A stretch of DNA of 64,000 nucleotides from Bdellovibrionales bacterium. Its GTDB lineage: Bacteria > Bdellovibrionota > Bdellovibrionia > Bdellovibrionales > JAKFYE01. The position numbers were made by a program, and so were the translations under genes. The stretch is from contig CBDBKL010000003.1 in the NCBI GenBank assembly GCA_965206675.1, positions 113,478-177,477 of the forward strand, written 5' to 3'. This document shows, in pieces, positions 1-13,758 of this stretch. Position 1 is the first letter of the stretch, and each line of letters starts with the position of its first letter. The notes beneath the pieces were generated by a model that saw only the letters and a list, made by a program, of their open reading frames with translations, was not told the origin of the DNA and did no database searches.

Positions 1-900
1 AAGAATAGTGCTTCTTTCAAGAGCCTTAATACGATCTGCAATGGGAGGGTGAGTGGAAAATAATTTCGCAAACCCTGCACGATTGGAGATTTTTAATGCA
101 GCGACGCTTTGATGGTCTTGCTCTACAAGCTCTGTCGTTCCAGCTAGAGCTTTAAGAGCTGAGATCATTTTATCTCGACCTGCCAATCGCGCTCCCCCAG
201 CATCCGCCTTAAATTCACGGTAACGTGAAAATGCAGCAACAATAGGGTAGGCCAAAAAGGCAAGTATACTGTAAATCAACTGATAGAGCATAAATCCGAG
301 AAAGCCGTGCATGATTCCGCCACGTCCCTGATTATCACGTGTCACTTGATCTAAAACTCTAACAATAATTTGTGTTAAAAATATAACAAAAGCATTCACT
401 ACACCCTGTACAAGGGTCATCGTCACCATATCTCCGTTGGCAATGTGAGCTACCTCGTGACCCAAAACACCCTCCACTTGATCTCTATTTAGGTTGCGAA
501 AAAGACCAGTTGAGACAGCAACAAGTGATTTGTTCTTGCTGGGGCCTGTTGCAAAGGCATTGACTTCTTCGCTTTGGTAAATACCAACTTCGGGAGGCGT
601 GCTAAGACCCGCTTTGCGTGCCAAACGGTAAACCATTTCTAAAAGTTCGCGGTCTTGTCCAGAGGCTTTATCAGGATCAATGACCTGAACCTTCATGAAC
701 ATTTTGGCCATAAATCGTGAAAGTAAAAGGGATATAAAAGCTCCTCCCATACCCCATATAAAAGAGAAAATCATGAGATCTTGGTAACCTAACCCCCAAC
801 CGCTCAGATATTTCATTCCACCGACGAGGTAAAGGACCGTCGCAATTGTTCCAATAATCAAAATATTTGTTAGCAAAAACAGAAAAATACGTTTAGCCAT
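1..900 (-). CDS. htpX: Zinc metalloprotease HtpX (3' end runs off the window)
   Basis: Manual translation from ATG at 900: MAKRIFLFLLTN..., NAFATG, GVLGHEVAHIANGDMVTMTL (HExxH), SRYREFKADAG, STHPPIADRI. Confidence 0.93.
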   Translation of the reverse strand, partial: MAKRIFLFLLTNILIIGTIATVLYLVGGMKYLSGWGLGYQDLMIFSFIWGMGGAFISLLLSRFMAKMFMKVQVIDPDKASGQDRELLEMVYRLARKAGLSTPPEVGIYQSEEVNAFATGPSKNKSLVAVSTGLFRNLNRDQVEGVLGHEVAHIANGDMVTMTLVQGVVNAFVIFLTQIIVRVLDQVTRDNQGRGGIMHGFLGFMLYQLIYSILAFLAYPIVAAFSRYREFKADAGGARLAGRDKMISALKALAGTTELVEQDHQSVAALKISNRAGFAKLFSTHPPIADRIKALERSTIL

Positions 901-950
901 GCTCTTTTTCCTCCTTATATACAAAAATAACAGAGTCTTTAGCTTCATAT

Positions 951-979
951 ATTGAGGGTAGAAAAAGCCTTTTGTCAAG
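951..979 (-). promoter_or_regulatory. Possible sigma32-type promoter of htpX
   Basis: Minus strand reads CTTGACA-N14-CCCTCAAT (consensus CTTGAAA-N13-17-CCCCATNT), about 50 bp upstream of a heat-shock gene. Confidence 0.4.
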
Positions 980-1322
980 GGGGCGGAGGGTAAATAATTT
1001 ACTGTAGCTCCCTTAATTGATACATGTGTGACGTCTTCATACATGAACTTGAAGAGATGGATTGATTCTCATTTATATGTATTGGTTATATTGTCTGTTC
1101 CGATTATTTGTAGTTAATAAATACTATTTTTATTAGTTTGCCCCACTTAATTGTGAAATGTTTTTTCCATATACAACTCTACAAACAACATCCTTTAAAT
1201 ACATTCCAATGCTCGGTCTCGGATCACCATAAGAATATGTAACGGGATCAAGATTATTGTGTTGACGAAGTAAAAGATAGGTGGTTTTTAAGGAAGATCT
1301 AAATTTTTAAAAGGAGATAGAC

Positions 1323-1778
1323 ATGGTTTCTGTTGGTAAGAAGGTTTCAAATTTTTCAATGGAAGGTACAGAAAAGTTTAACTTAACAGACTATAAAGGA
1401 CAAAACATTGTTCTCTATTTTTACCCCAAAGACGCAACCCCTGGCTGTACAGTTGAAGGGAGAGATTTTAATAAAAAACTCTCCCAGTTTAAAAAGGAAA
1501 ACACTGTGATCTTTGGTGTCTCTTGTGACAGCGTCCAGTCGCATGAGAAATTTAAAACTAAACAAGGTTATAAATTTGAACTCTTGTCAGATCCTGATGG
1601 AGAAGTGTGCGAGATTTTTGGGGTGATGAAAACAAAAAGTATGTTTGGCAAAAAATTTAAAGGTATTGAGCGGTCCACTTTTGTGATTAACGAAAAAGGC
1701 AACCTTGCTAAAGAGTGGAGAGGAGTGAAGGTTTCGGGGCATGTGGATGAAGTTTATGAGTTTATAAAAAACATGTAG
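1323..1778 (+). CDS. bcp: Peroxiredoxin Bcp/PrxQ
   Basis: VLYFYPKDATPGCTVE active-site motif, IERSTFVI; AAGGAG RBS. Confidence 0.93.
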   Translation: MVSVGKKVSNFSMEGTEKFNLTDYKGQNIVLYFYPKDATPGCTVEGRDFNKKLSQFKKENTVIFGVSCDSVQSHEKFKTKQGYKFELLSDPDGEVCEIFGVMKTKSMFGKKFKGIERSTFVINEKGNLAKEWRGVKVSGHVDEVYEFIKNM

Positions 1779-1779
1779 G

Positions 1780-1827
1780 GGACTGTTGAAAATATGCCAT
1801 CTACTTTGTTGCAATCACTCAAACCTT
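1780..1827 (+). repeat. Truncated (left-half) copy of the ~125-bp palindromic MITE-like repeat
   Basis: GGACTGTTGAAAA...ATCTACTTTGTTGCAATCACTCAAACCTT matches the first ~48 nt of the copies at 10909, 25979 and 41233. Confidence 0.8.
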
Positions 1828-1834
1828 GTTTTAT

Positions 1835-4624
1835 TTATAATCTTCTTATTTCTCGAAAATCCTGTACTTTTACACGAGGGTCTTCTCCTCGGTAGAAATA
1901 ATAAAGAATATCCTGCCAATCCCAGGGATTACTTGCGTTTTGTGGATACTTGGCCTCTCTTGTGGGACGATTCCTGTTACTAGAAACCCACCCCCTTTGA
2001 GCAAGGTAGTTAGCTGGAAATTGAGACATGCCATAACCATGATTATTTATAAGTTTCTGAGGATAACCAGAACATCTAATATTGCTCGGAATATTTCTTG
2101 GAACTTCTATGGGATGTGTTCCTCTTTTTGTCTGAGTTACTCCACAAGCATAATATTGAGTTGGGGCCAATCTATTATTATAAGTTAATACCAAACCTAT
2201 TGTTTCAGAAGTCGCCATATCTGCTTTTCTGTTTTCTATTAACCCATAGCGGTGTGAACTGAATCCCTTATAGACCTGATTACATTGGGTAGGATCTATA
2301 TCCCAACCTCTTGCCTGAACGCCACGATTCTCTAAAGCTTTATTTAAAAAATAAGATCTAGCGGCTACAGCCTGAGCTTTCAAAGCATTGAGTTCATAAC
2401 TCTCAGGCATCTCACTAGCTGTAACGGAGCGAATATACCACTCTACAGGAACATGATTTACTACACTCCATTCACTATTGGAACTACTACGGCGACCTGT
2501 AATATCAATGTAAAAATCACCTCTAAAAAGTGTTGGACTGACTCCATCCCAAGATAATTCTACAGGGTGATCAGTATTATTTGTAGTTATCTTTATATAG
2601 TACACTCTTTGGTTATGAATATCAATCAACTGGTTTAGACGAAGTCTGTTTCTACCATTTCTATTTCGAAAAGTTAAAAAATTTCTCTCACTAGAGATCT
2701 CTTTTGGGTTGTTGATTTCAAGATTTACTCTATTTATTCCATTGTAGCTCGATAATTTTTCATCATTTTTTCTACCGTGAGTATAAACTTCTAAATTTAA
2801 TCCCGAACCAGAAGTGTCTTTTAATTGAATTAGCTGGGGACGATCTGTAGATGTGTAAGGGTATACGGGGTTGTTCCTATTGACACAGCGAATAGGCCAC
2901 AACTTTACTCTGGCATTATGATAACTTGCAACATTTTGCTCATTAATTTCTGTTAAAGCTACATTTAGTCTTTCTGCCTGAGTTTTACGAGTAGCCCATT
3001 CACTCAATCTTTTTCTGTTTTGAGCCATTTCTCTATCTGATTGCTCTAAAGCAAGAATGTCTTTTTGTAACCCCTCTGATAACTGAGACATATCAAACAA
3101 TTCTGATAATTTTTGATTATAACTTTGTCTTTCCTCATAGCTCAGGTTTGATCTTGTTATTAACTCTTCTCTTGCTGTGACTTCTGTTACTTGTTGATCT
3201 TCCCTTTCTATTCTTACTATCTCAGATTGTAAATCTTGACTTAAAAGAGATATATCTATCAGGCTTTTCACTTCAGTTTTTATTAATCCCTTCCTAACTC
3301 TTTCTCCTGGTTCTATCTTCTTCAAATTTTCAATTTTTTGATATGCTAACTGCTCCCTTTCATGATTGTCTTGAGTTTCTATTCCTTGTATTTGAGTTTG
3401 AATCTCTTGAGAAAAAAGGGAGATAGAAAACTGATCTAATAAACCTTGATCCCGTATTCTTTGCTTTTCCCTGTCTTCAAAAGAAAAACTCAACCACTCA
3501 GTAACCCGTTTTTCTCTCCAGTCGACATTAAGTAGATTTGTTATTTGAGTGAGGAATTCATCAGAACGGCTATGTCTTCTGGCGATCATTAAAGCTGTCC
3601 GGCCATTCTTGGATTGTTTATTGGGATCTGCCCCCGCTTTTAATAGAGAATCTATAATATCTAAAGTGTGTTTATGTGTTTCCCCCACTGCGTACATTAA
3701 AGCCGTCCAATCATTTCGATCTTGTATATTTGGATCTGCCCCCACATTTAATAATGCATTTGTAATCTGTGGATTGGAATTATACATGGCAGCGTACATT
3801 AAGGCTGTCATTCCATTGCGATCTGGTATATTGGGATCTACCTCTCTATTCAATAATGTATCTATAACTTCTAGATTGGAATGATGTTTTGCCGCTATCA
3901 TTAAAGGAGTTCGTTTATTGATATCTGTTTTAGATGAATCAGCCCCTGCTTCTAATAAGGTATTTATAATCTCTAAATTGGAATTAGACATTAATGCTGC
4001 TATCAACGGGGTCATCTCAGATTTTATGCAATTTATATCTGTTCCCGTTTCAATAGCTCTTTTTATTTTCCTTATGTCATTATTTTCACAGGCTTTAACT
4101 AAAATTTTACAGTTATTCTTTCGACCAGATAAACCCGCTATTTTTCTTGATGAGGATCTTTGTATAAGTTGTGCTGCTGTCACTTCAAAAGAAAATAAAT
4201 TTGAAATAATACCTTTTGTCTTTCGTAAAAGTTGACTTAATAACTGACGTGACGGTTCTTCTTTTTTCAAAGAGACGGTATTTGAAGAAGTGTTGCTATT
4301 TTCCTCTTCATTAAAATTCATAAGACTGGTTTCGTTTTCTAAAAGATTTAGATCTTCTTTGTTCTCTTTATTATTTTTTTCGTTATTGTTCATCTGTTCC
4401 TTGGATTGAAGCAGGAGGTCTTCTAATTCTTGAATACGTAAATTGTTTTCTTCAACATTCTCTTGAAGTTCTTTGTATGTTTTGTGTGGGTTAGCTAATT
4501 TCTTTTGTGTTTCCCAATTCAATTGACCATGATTTCTGGAATCATTGGGATCTACGTATCCTTTTGAGGTATTTTGTTCACAAGAAATAAGTAGTAAAGA
4601 TAAAATATATATGATTTTAAGCAT
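1835..4624 (-). CDS. Lipoprotein with ankyrin repeats and a C-terminal SpoIID/LytB peptidoglycan hydrolase domain
   Basis: Lipobox LLISC; about 6 ANK repeats (TPLIAA, TPLMIAA, TALMYAA..GADPN); SpoIID motifs VVNHVPVEWYIRSVTASEMP..ALKAQAVAARSY, HGYGMSQ, WQDILYYFY. Confidence 0.85.
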   Translation of the reverse strand: MLKIIYILSLLLISCEQNTSKGYVDPNDSRNHGQLNWETQKKLANPHKTYKELQENVEENNLRIQELEDLLLQSKEQMNNNEKNNKENKEDLNLLENETSLMNFNEEENSNTSSNTVSLKKEEPSRQLLSQLLRKTKGIISNLFSFEVTAAQLIQRSSSRKIAGLSGRKNNCKILVKACENNDIRKIKRAIETGTDINCIKSEMTPLIAALMSNSNLEIINTLLEAGADSSKTDINKRTPLMIAAKHHSNLEVIDTLLNREVDPNIPDRNGMTALMYAAMYNSNPQITNALLNVGADPNIQDRNDWTALMYAVGETHKHTLDIIDSLLKAGADPNKQSKNGRTALMIARRHSRSDEFLTQITNLLNVDWREKRVTEWLSFSFEDREKQRIRDQGLLDQFSISLFSQEIQTQIQGIETQDNHEREQLAYQKIENLKKIEPGERVRKGLIKTEVKSLIDISLLSQDLQSEIVRIEREDQQVTEVTAREELITRSNLSYEERQSYNQKLSELFDMSQLSEGLQKDILALEQSDREMAQNRKRLSEWATRKTQAERLNVALTEINEQNVASYHNARVKLWPIRCVNRNNPVYPYTSTDRPQLIQLKDTSGSGLNLEVYTHGRKNDEKLSSYNGINRVNLEINNPKEISSERNFLTFRNRNGRNRLRLNQLIDIHNQRVYYIKITTNNTDHPVELSWDGVSPTLFRGDFYIDITGRRSSSNSEWSVVNHVPVEWYIRSVTASEMPESYELNALKAQAVAARSYFLNKALENRGVQARGWDIDPTQCNQVYKGFSSHRYGLIENRKADMATSETIGLVLTYNNRLAPTQYYACGVTQTKRGTHPIEVPRNIPSNIRCSGYPQKLINNHGYGMSQFPANYLAQRGWVSSNRNRPTREAKYPQNASNPWDWQDILYYFYRGEDPRVKVQDFREIRRL

Positions 4625-4728
4625 ACCCTTCCCTTTTATCTTTTCCTTGTCAAAAAAGTATGGATAATGCCTAGATTATTTTGACATGACTCCTTATTAT
4701 CTAGGCTAAACCCAAAACTTATAAACTT

Positions 4729-5354
4729 TTGAGCGATTGTCAATCTTCTATCTCATCCTCTCTTGCTTCAAGAACATCCAGTAGTCATTTAAACATACAT
4801 ACGATCAACAATATCTTAACCAAACTTCGTGAAAAGATAGCTGAGTTTTGTGAAAGGGAGAGTTTTTTTGATTCTGGGGAAATAGAACTAGATGAGAGTT
4901 ATGTTGGAGCAAGAAGAGTTCGTGGCAGAGGAGCCAGTGGTAAAACAGTTGTGTTTGGTCTTAAGAAAAGAGAAGGCAAGGTTTATACCCAAGTGATTAG
5001 AAATTGCTCTAGAAGTGAGATTTTCTCTCTTATAAGCACAAAGATAGCTAAGGACTCGGTTTTGTTCACAGATGGTTTTAAAACGTATGATGGGCTTGTA
5101 GATATGGGTTATAAGAAACATTACAGAGTTCATCACAGCAAGAATGAGTTCTCAAAGAAACAAGGAAATGTCAGAAACCATATTAACGGGATAGAGAACT
5201 TTTGGGGATTAGCTAAGGTAAGGCTATCTAAATTCCGCGGCATGAGTAAGAGTATTTTTTATTTGCATTTAAAAGAGTGTGAGTTTAGATTTAACCACAG
5301 AAATCAAGACCTCTATAGATTATGCGTCAAAACCCCCTTAACTAGTTATGAACC
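4729..5354 (+). mobile_element. IS1595-family (ISXO2/IS1016-like) element remnant: 5'-truncated transposase with right end
   Basis: IELDESYVG, GRGASGKTVVFG, LFTDGFKTY, HINGIENFWG, LHLKECEFRFN motifs; right end CCCCTTAACTAGTTATGAACC; no matching left end or good start codon. Confidence 0.85.
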
Positions 5355-5364
5355 TAAGGTTAAT

Positions 5365-5922
5365 ATGAAGTTAAATATTCGCTTTATAAAGAGTGCAAAA
5401 CAAAAAACGGATTGGCCTTCGAGTTCGTCAATTCCAGAGATAGCCTTAGTAGGAAGATCAAATGCAGGTAAATCTTCCCTGTTAAATTGTCTTGCGGAAC
5501 AAAAAGAAGTGGCAAAAGTCAGTCGATCCCCAGGAAAAACACGCCTTATAAATTTTTTTGACGTCGATTCTAAGTTTCGATTCGTAGATCTTCCCGGATA
5601 CGGCTTTGCTAAACGCTCAGGCTCAGAAATATCAGAATGGAAAGAAATGATAGAGACCTATCTCACAGAGCGTGAACTTCTAAAAGCCATAATCTTAGTG
5701 AAAGATATTCGCCGCCCCTGGGCCAATGATGAAAAACTCCTGTATCAATTGGCTGTGCGCTTAGATGTAGAATTTATTTGTGTAGAGACAAAAATGGATA
5801 AACTTAACCAATCAGAACGACACCTCTATATGAAAGCAAAAAAAAATAAGACCTTTTACCTCTCCAATGTCACAGGAGAAGGAGTTCAAGAGCTAGCCCG
5901 ATATATATTAAGTGGGATCTAA
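5365..5922 (+). CDS. engB: Ribosome biogenesis GTPase YihA/EngB
   Basis: GRSNAGKSS, PGKT, DLPGYG, TKMD G-motifs; own ATG at 5365 with AAGG RBS. Confidence 0.93.
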   Translation: MKLNIRFIKSAKQKTDWPSSSSIPEIALVGRSNAGKSSLLNCLAEQKEVAKVSRSPGKTRLINFFDVDSKFRFVDLPGYGFAKRSGSEISEWKEMIETYLTERELLKAIILVKDIRRPWANDEKLLYQLAVRLDVEFICVETKMDKLNQSERHLYMKAKKNKTFYLSNVTGEGVQELARYILSGI

Positions 5923-6099
5923 CGTAAAAAGAGGGTTTTTACCTGTTATTCCGTATCCACACATGCTAATGACCAAGTAAAGAATTTAAAAATAAAAAAG
6001 ACTGTTTACGTTTATCTAACAAGATATTAAAAGCTTTTAAGAAGGCCCAAAAGAAGGTTAAGAGATTTTTTTAAATAAGAACTAAAGAGGAATGAAAGT

Positions 6100-9642
<3,543 letters not shown>

Positions 9643-9673
9643 AATTTGTCTTTTGTGCTATCATTGAGATTCA

Positions 9674-10201
9674 ATGAATTTTGCAGAAGAACTTCGTAAC
9701 ATAAAACTTCTTATCTCAGATGTAGATGGTGTCATGACCGATGGAACTATCTGGCTGGACACCAATAAATGTCTTTTCTCTAAAAAAGCTGTTTGGAGGC
9801 GAAGGTTTAATGTCAAAGATGGAGTGGGGCTTCGTAGTTTGATGAAAGCAGGATTTTCCACAGCCGTTATTTCTGCAGGAAATTCTGAAGATGTGAAAGT
9901 GCGTATGGAATTTTTGGGAATTCAAAATATCTATTTGGGAGCTGCACCAAAGGTGGGGCCTTTTGAAGAGCTTCTCAATAAAACAGGTCTTAAGCCTAGC
10001 GAGGTAGCCTATATTGGTGATGATGTTTATGATGTACCTATAATAGAGGCTGCACAATTTGGAGTATCAGTTCCCAATGCCTTTGAGCTAGCTAAGGAAA
10101 AAGCTCAGTATGTGACTGAAGCCAGAGGTGGAGAGGGAGCTGTCAGAGAGGTTTGTGAACTCTTATTAAAGTTTGGATATTTTAGGAAAGATGAGGGATA
10201 A
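9674..10201 (+). CDS. kdsC: KDO-8-phosphate phosphatase (HAD)
   Basis: DVDGVMTDG, FNVKDG, YIGDDVYD, GGEGAVRE. Confidence 0.92.
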   Translation: MNFAEELRNIKLLISDVDGVMTDGTIWLDTNKCLFSKKAVWRRRFNVKDGVGLRSLMKAGFSTAVISAGNSEDVKVRMEFLGIQNIYLGAAPKVGPFEELLNKTGLKPSEVAYIGDDVYDVPIIEAAQFGVSVPNAFELAKEKAQYVTEARGGEGAVREVCELLLKFGYFRKDEG

Positions 10202-10203
10202 AA

Positions 10204-10905
10204 ATGAAATATATAATACTACTGGCTCTTTTAATAAGCGTGCCAGCTGTTGCCGTCGAAATTAGATTTTCTGATGAAGAGCTTACAAAAGAATCTGTAT
10301 ATCCATTTTTTGAAGACCCTGCAGCTGTTAAAAACAGACGAGTTGTCACAAAGGGAAAAATAGAAGTGGGAGCCTTTGGAGGCTGGGTCTTGGATGAAAT
10401 TTTATTTGACCCCATTAATTTCAGTCTTTCAGCCACATATCATTTTAATGAAGTTCATGGTTTTCAGTTTTGGGGAGGGTTTTTCTCATCCTCTGGATCT
10501 AAGCATGTCGATTCTTTGAGATCGCCCCCAGTGAATTTAAGAAGTCTTGAGCAAGTTCCGTCAGTAAAGAATTTAGCTTTGGGCCTTTATCAATACACTC
10601 CCTATTATGGAAAAATCAGTCTGACAAAGAGCAAGATCATGAACATTGCAACATTTCTTACCTTGGGTGGAGGAATGGTAAAGTATGGTAACGAAACATC
10701 ATGGGCAGCCTCATTGGGTATTGGACAAAAATTTTATTTCAATCCCCGTATTGGTTTGCGGTTTGATCTGCGAACCTACTTCTATAATGGTGTGAAAATC
10801 TTAAGCGGACCCGTGCCACCTCGTGGAGGGCGACCTGGAGTGCCTTTTGAAAAGCAACTGAATTTGAATGCTTTGGTGAATTTTGGGGCGATATTTCTAT
10901 TTTAA
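10204..10905 (+). CDS. Outer membrane beta-barrel protein, myxobacterial GltA/B/H-like
   Basis: Signal peptide, AVKNRR, TPYYGK motif, C-terminal Phe; precedes the glt cluster. Confidence 0.8.
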   Translation: MKYIILLALLISVPAVAVEIRFSDEELTKESVYPFFEDPAAVKNRRVVTKGKIEVGAFGGWVLDEILFDPINFSLSATYHFNEVHGFQFWGGFFSSSGSKHVDSLRSPPVNLRSLEQVPSVKNLALGLYQYTPYYGKISLTKSKIMNIATFLTLGGGMVKYGNETSWAASLGIGQKFYFNPRIGLRFDLRTYFYNGVKILSGPVPPRGGRPGVPFEKQLNLNALVNFGAIFLF

Positions 10906-10908
10906 AAT

Positions 10909-11034
10909 GGGCTTTTGAAAAAACGTTATCTACTTCGTTGCAATCACTCAAACACTCACTTCGACGTAGGAAAAACTACGCCTCCGTTCGGTTTGAGCTT
11001 GAACGCCTCGTATCTGATACCTTTTCGACAGTCC
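10909..11034 (+). repeat. ~125-bp palindromic MITE/ERIC-like repeat (degenerate left end)
   Basis: Near-identical to copies at 25979 and 41233; ends TGATACCTTTTCGACAGTCC. Confidence 0.9.
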
Positions 11035-11233
11035 TCCTTTTACAAATGAAAAAGCCTTGAGAATAATTCTTTCTCTTTTCTGTTTTGTAAAAAACTTAAC
11101 GAGTCCCATATAAAGGTTGTAATTTTTGATAAAATCTTTCCCTATAGTCTAGTTCCTTGGGTCTAGTTTTTAAGATGAATTTTAATTATTTTAAATAGTT
11201 GAGGTACTCTAGGCTGTACACATTTGTGCGTTT

Positions 11234-12037
11234 TTGGGGATATCTATGTTTCGGATTTGTTTTTTTACAAGTGCCCTATTTGTTTTTTCAATAAATGTCT
11301 TTGCTCAATCTGAGTTGGATAAATACGTTGGTCCAGGTGGGGGAACTCCAAAAGTTACCCCCTCCCGTGAAACTAAGGAAAGAGCTAACCCAGCGGCGGC
11401 AGATATCGAAGATTTTTCAGGCCTATGGAAGCTTGTGCCTTTTAATGATGTGGCTGTAATCCAACGTCGATTTTTACCAAAGACAAATCGTTTTGAGTTT
11501 TTTCCAAATGTTGGGTTTGTTCTCAATGATTTGTTTTATTTCCCCGCTGTATTTGGTGCTCGTTTGGGTTACTCCTTTAACGAATTTTTGGGAATTGAAG
11601 TTGTAGGACAAACAGTTTCCGTCCTTGAACGCCGGTTTACAAAACAACTTGAGAGAGAACAAAATATTCATACAACGGCATTTACAACTCCTAAAAGTTA
11701 TTTGGGAGCTGATATTAAATGGTCCCCCATATATGGAAAGATGGGATTTTCAAATCGGTCGATTGTGCCTTTTGATATGCATTTTTTGATTGGTGGGGGG
11801 ATGTTAAAAGTGCAAGTGGGAAAGGATGCCAGAGGAACTGCTGTTACTAAAGATGTTACAGGTATTCGGTTCGGTATGGGGCAAAAATTTGCATTGAACA
11901 AATGGATGGCTTTGAGATGGGATGTTGGATTTTTACTTTACTCAGTCGCTCCAGTTGGCAGACCTAAAAATAGTTTTATGAATATGCATTTGGGTATGGG
12001 GTTGAGTTTCTTTTTTCCAGGAGCAAAGTATAGATGA
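11234..12037 (+). CDS. Outer membrane beta-barrel protein, GltA/B/H-like
   Basis: Signal peptide, VIQRRFLPKTNRFE, WSPIYGK, GLSFFFP; paralog of the 10204 gene. Confidence 0.8.
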   Translation: MGISMFRICFFTSALFVFSINVFAQSELDKYVGPGGGTPKVTPSRETKERANPAAADIEDFSGLWKLVPFNDVAVIQRRFLPKTNRFEFFPNVGFVLNDLFYFPAVFGARLGYSFNEFLGIEVVGQTVSVLERRFTKQLEREQNIHTTAFTTPKSYLGADIKWSPIYGKMGFSNRSIVPFDMHFLIGGGMLKVQVGKDARGTAVTKDVTGIRFGMGQKFALNKWMALRWDVGFLLYSVAPVGRPKNSFMNMHLGMGLSFFFPGAKYR

Positions 12038-13758
12038 GAAAACTGTTCTGGGTTGTCATACTAGTATTTTCGTTTGGGTTTGAAACTATAGTTTTCGCTG
12101 AATCTATGAATTATCCGGAGGGGAGAAAGTTAGTTACCCAAACAGGTGAAGGTATTCAATTGGCTCAGAGAAGCAAAAAAAGAAGATGGGGAAGACGGAG
12201 CCGTAGGAGAAAAAGTGTTCAAGAAAAAAAGAAAGTCCCTGTCTCTCGAAAAAAACGCAGAAGAAGAGCAAGAACAAGTGGTGGTTCGAGTGGCATTGGT
12301 GGAGAGCTTCGATCAGCTTTGCAAATGGCAAAAATGGGTGACCGTTTAGAGGCTTCTCAAAAATTATTTGTATTGAGTCGTTCTCCAAAGTATTCAAAAG
12401 ATAGAGATCGCATAAAATATCTATTGGGATTAATGCTTTCTGAAATGAAGCTTTATCAAATATCCGCATGGGAGTTTGTAGATATTATACGAAGAGGGCG
12501 AGGCAGATATGTTCAGCGCGCACTTGAAAAATTAACTTTAGCGGCAGATAAATTGAATGATGATACTCTATTGAATTATGCCATTGGAAAAATTGAATTG
12601 AGCCGATTTCCAGCCAAACAAAGAGATATGCTGAGATATAGAGTCGGTGAAATTCAAAGTTATAAGGGGCAATTTGCCAGGGCAGCACGCATACTGGGGC
12701 AAATTTCAGAAGATAGTGAATGGTATAGCAAAGGGCTTTATCTGCGAGGTTTAGCCTTCGTTGAACAAAGAAAGTATAATAGAGCTCTTGAAGCTTTTGG
12801 CCGTCTTGTTGAGGCAAGGAGTGATGCTCCCGTGAATGATGTAAATAGAGTTGCTGGCTTAATGGGATTGGCCAGGGTTTACTATCAGAAAAAAGATTGG
12901 CAATCTGCAATTGATACATATAGACGTGTGCCAAAGGATTCCGTATTTTGGCATGATGTTCTTTTTGAATTAAGCTGGGCCTATATGCGAGGGGTTCAGT
13001 TTAGAAATGCTTTGAGTAACTTCCACTCACTGCACTCTCCCTATTATGAAGATTACTATATACCAGAGTCCATGTTGTTACGGGCTATTGTTTACCTATA
13101 TATTTGTCAGTACGATGAAATGGAAAAAACATTAAAACTCTTTGAAAAAATATATAAACCAGTTGATTCGGGAGTCACGCAGTTTCTAAAAGCCTATAGA
13201 AATCCAATGACCTATTATAATGAGATTGCTAAATTTGAAAAACAAAGAAAAGAAGGTAAGGCTTCTGAGGATAACGAAGGACGAAGATACAGTATACCGT
13301 CTCTGGTAGCTCGTAAAATTGCGACAGAAGGGGATTACTCCAGATTAAATGCTCACCTTACTGTTTTAAAAGAAGAAGAAAGAATGTACTCAGAGTTTTC
13401 AGATGATTGGCGTTCATCTGTCTTTGGAAGATATGCTACTAAAGTATTAAAGTCTCGTCTGCGCCGAGTTCAGGAAAAAATTGGATTTGTTGTAAGAAGA
13501 CATTTGCGAAAGATACAATTAGAGATGGATGGGCTCTTTAAGCAATATCGTTTTGCAGAGTATGAAATGTTAGATGGGAAAAAGGCACAAATTAAAAAAC
13601 GAATTGCTGGAAGGGGAGTAACACAGGGGCAAGTTGATGCCGATACAAGAAGAAGTTTTTATATTCAAAATGGATATGAATATTGGCCATTTAAAGGAGA
13701 GTATTGGTTAGATGAGATTGGAAACTATCACTACTTGGGCACGCAAAGCTGTCAGTAG
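12034..13758 (+). CDS. gltC: TPR protein, GltC-like gliding motility protein
   Basis: TPR repeats, FELSWA, C-terminal YEYWPFKGEYWLDEIGNY; cluster context. Confidence 0.8.
   Translation: MRKLFWVVILVFSFGFETIVFAESMNYPEGRKLVTQTGEGIQLAQRSKKRRWGRRSRRRKSVQEKKKVPVSRKKRRRRARTSGGSSGIGGELRSALQMAKMGDRLEASQKLFVLSRSPKYSKDRDRIKYLLGLMLSEMKLYQISAWEFVDIIRRGRGRYVQRALEKLTLAADKLNDDTLLNYAIGKIELSRFPAKQRDMLRYRVGEIQSYKGQFARAARILGQISEDSEWYSKGLYLRGLAFVEQRKYNRALEAFGRLVEARSDAPVNDVNRVAGLMGLARVYYQKKDWQSAIDTYRRVPKDSVFWHDVLFELSWAYMRGVQFRNALSNFHSLHSPYYEDYYIPESMLLRAIVYLYICQYDEMEKTLKLFEKIYKPVDSGVTQFLKAYRNPMTYYNEIAKFEKQRKEGKASEDNEGRRYSIPSLVARKIATEGDYSRLNAHLTVLKEEERMYSEFSDDWRSSVFGRYATKVLKSRLRRVQEKIGFVVRRHLRKIQLEMDGLFKQYRFAEYEMLDGKKAQIKKRIAGRGVTQGQVDADTRRSFYIQNGYEYWPFKGEYWLDEIGNYHYLGTQSCQ

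Noticed and set aside
3560-4030. ~99-bp periodic DNA repeats
   Set aside because: Explained by ankyrin repeat coding sequence.
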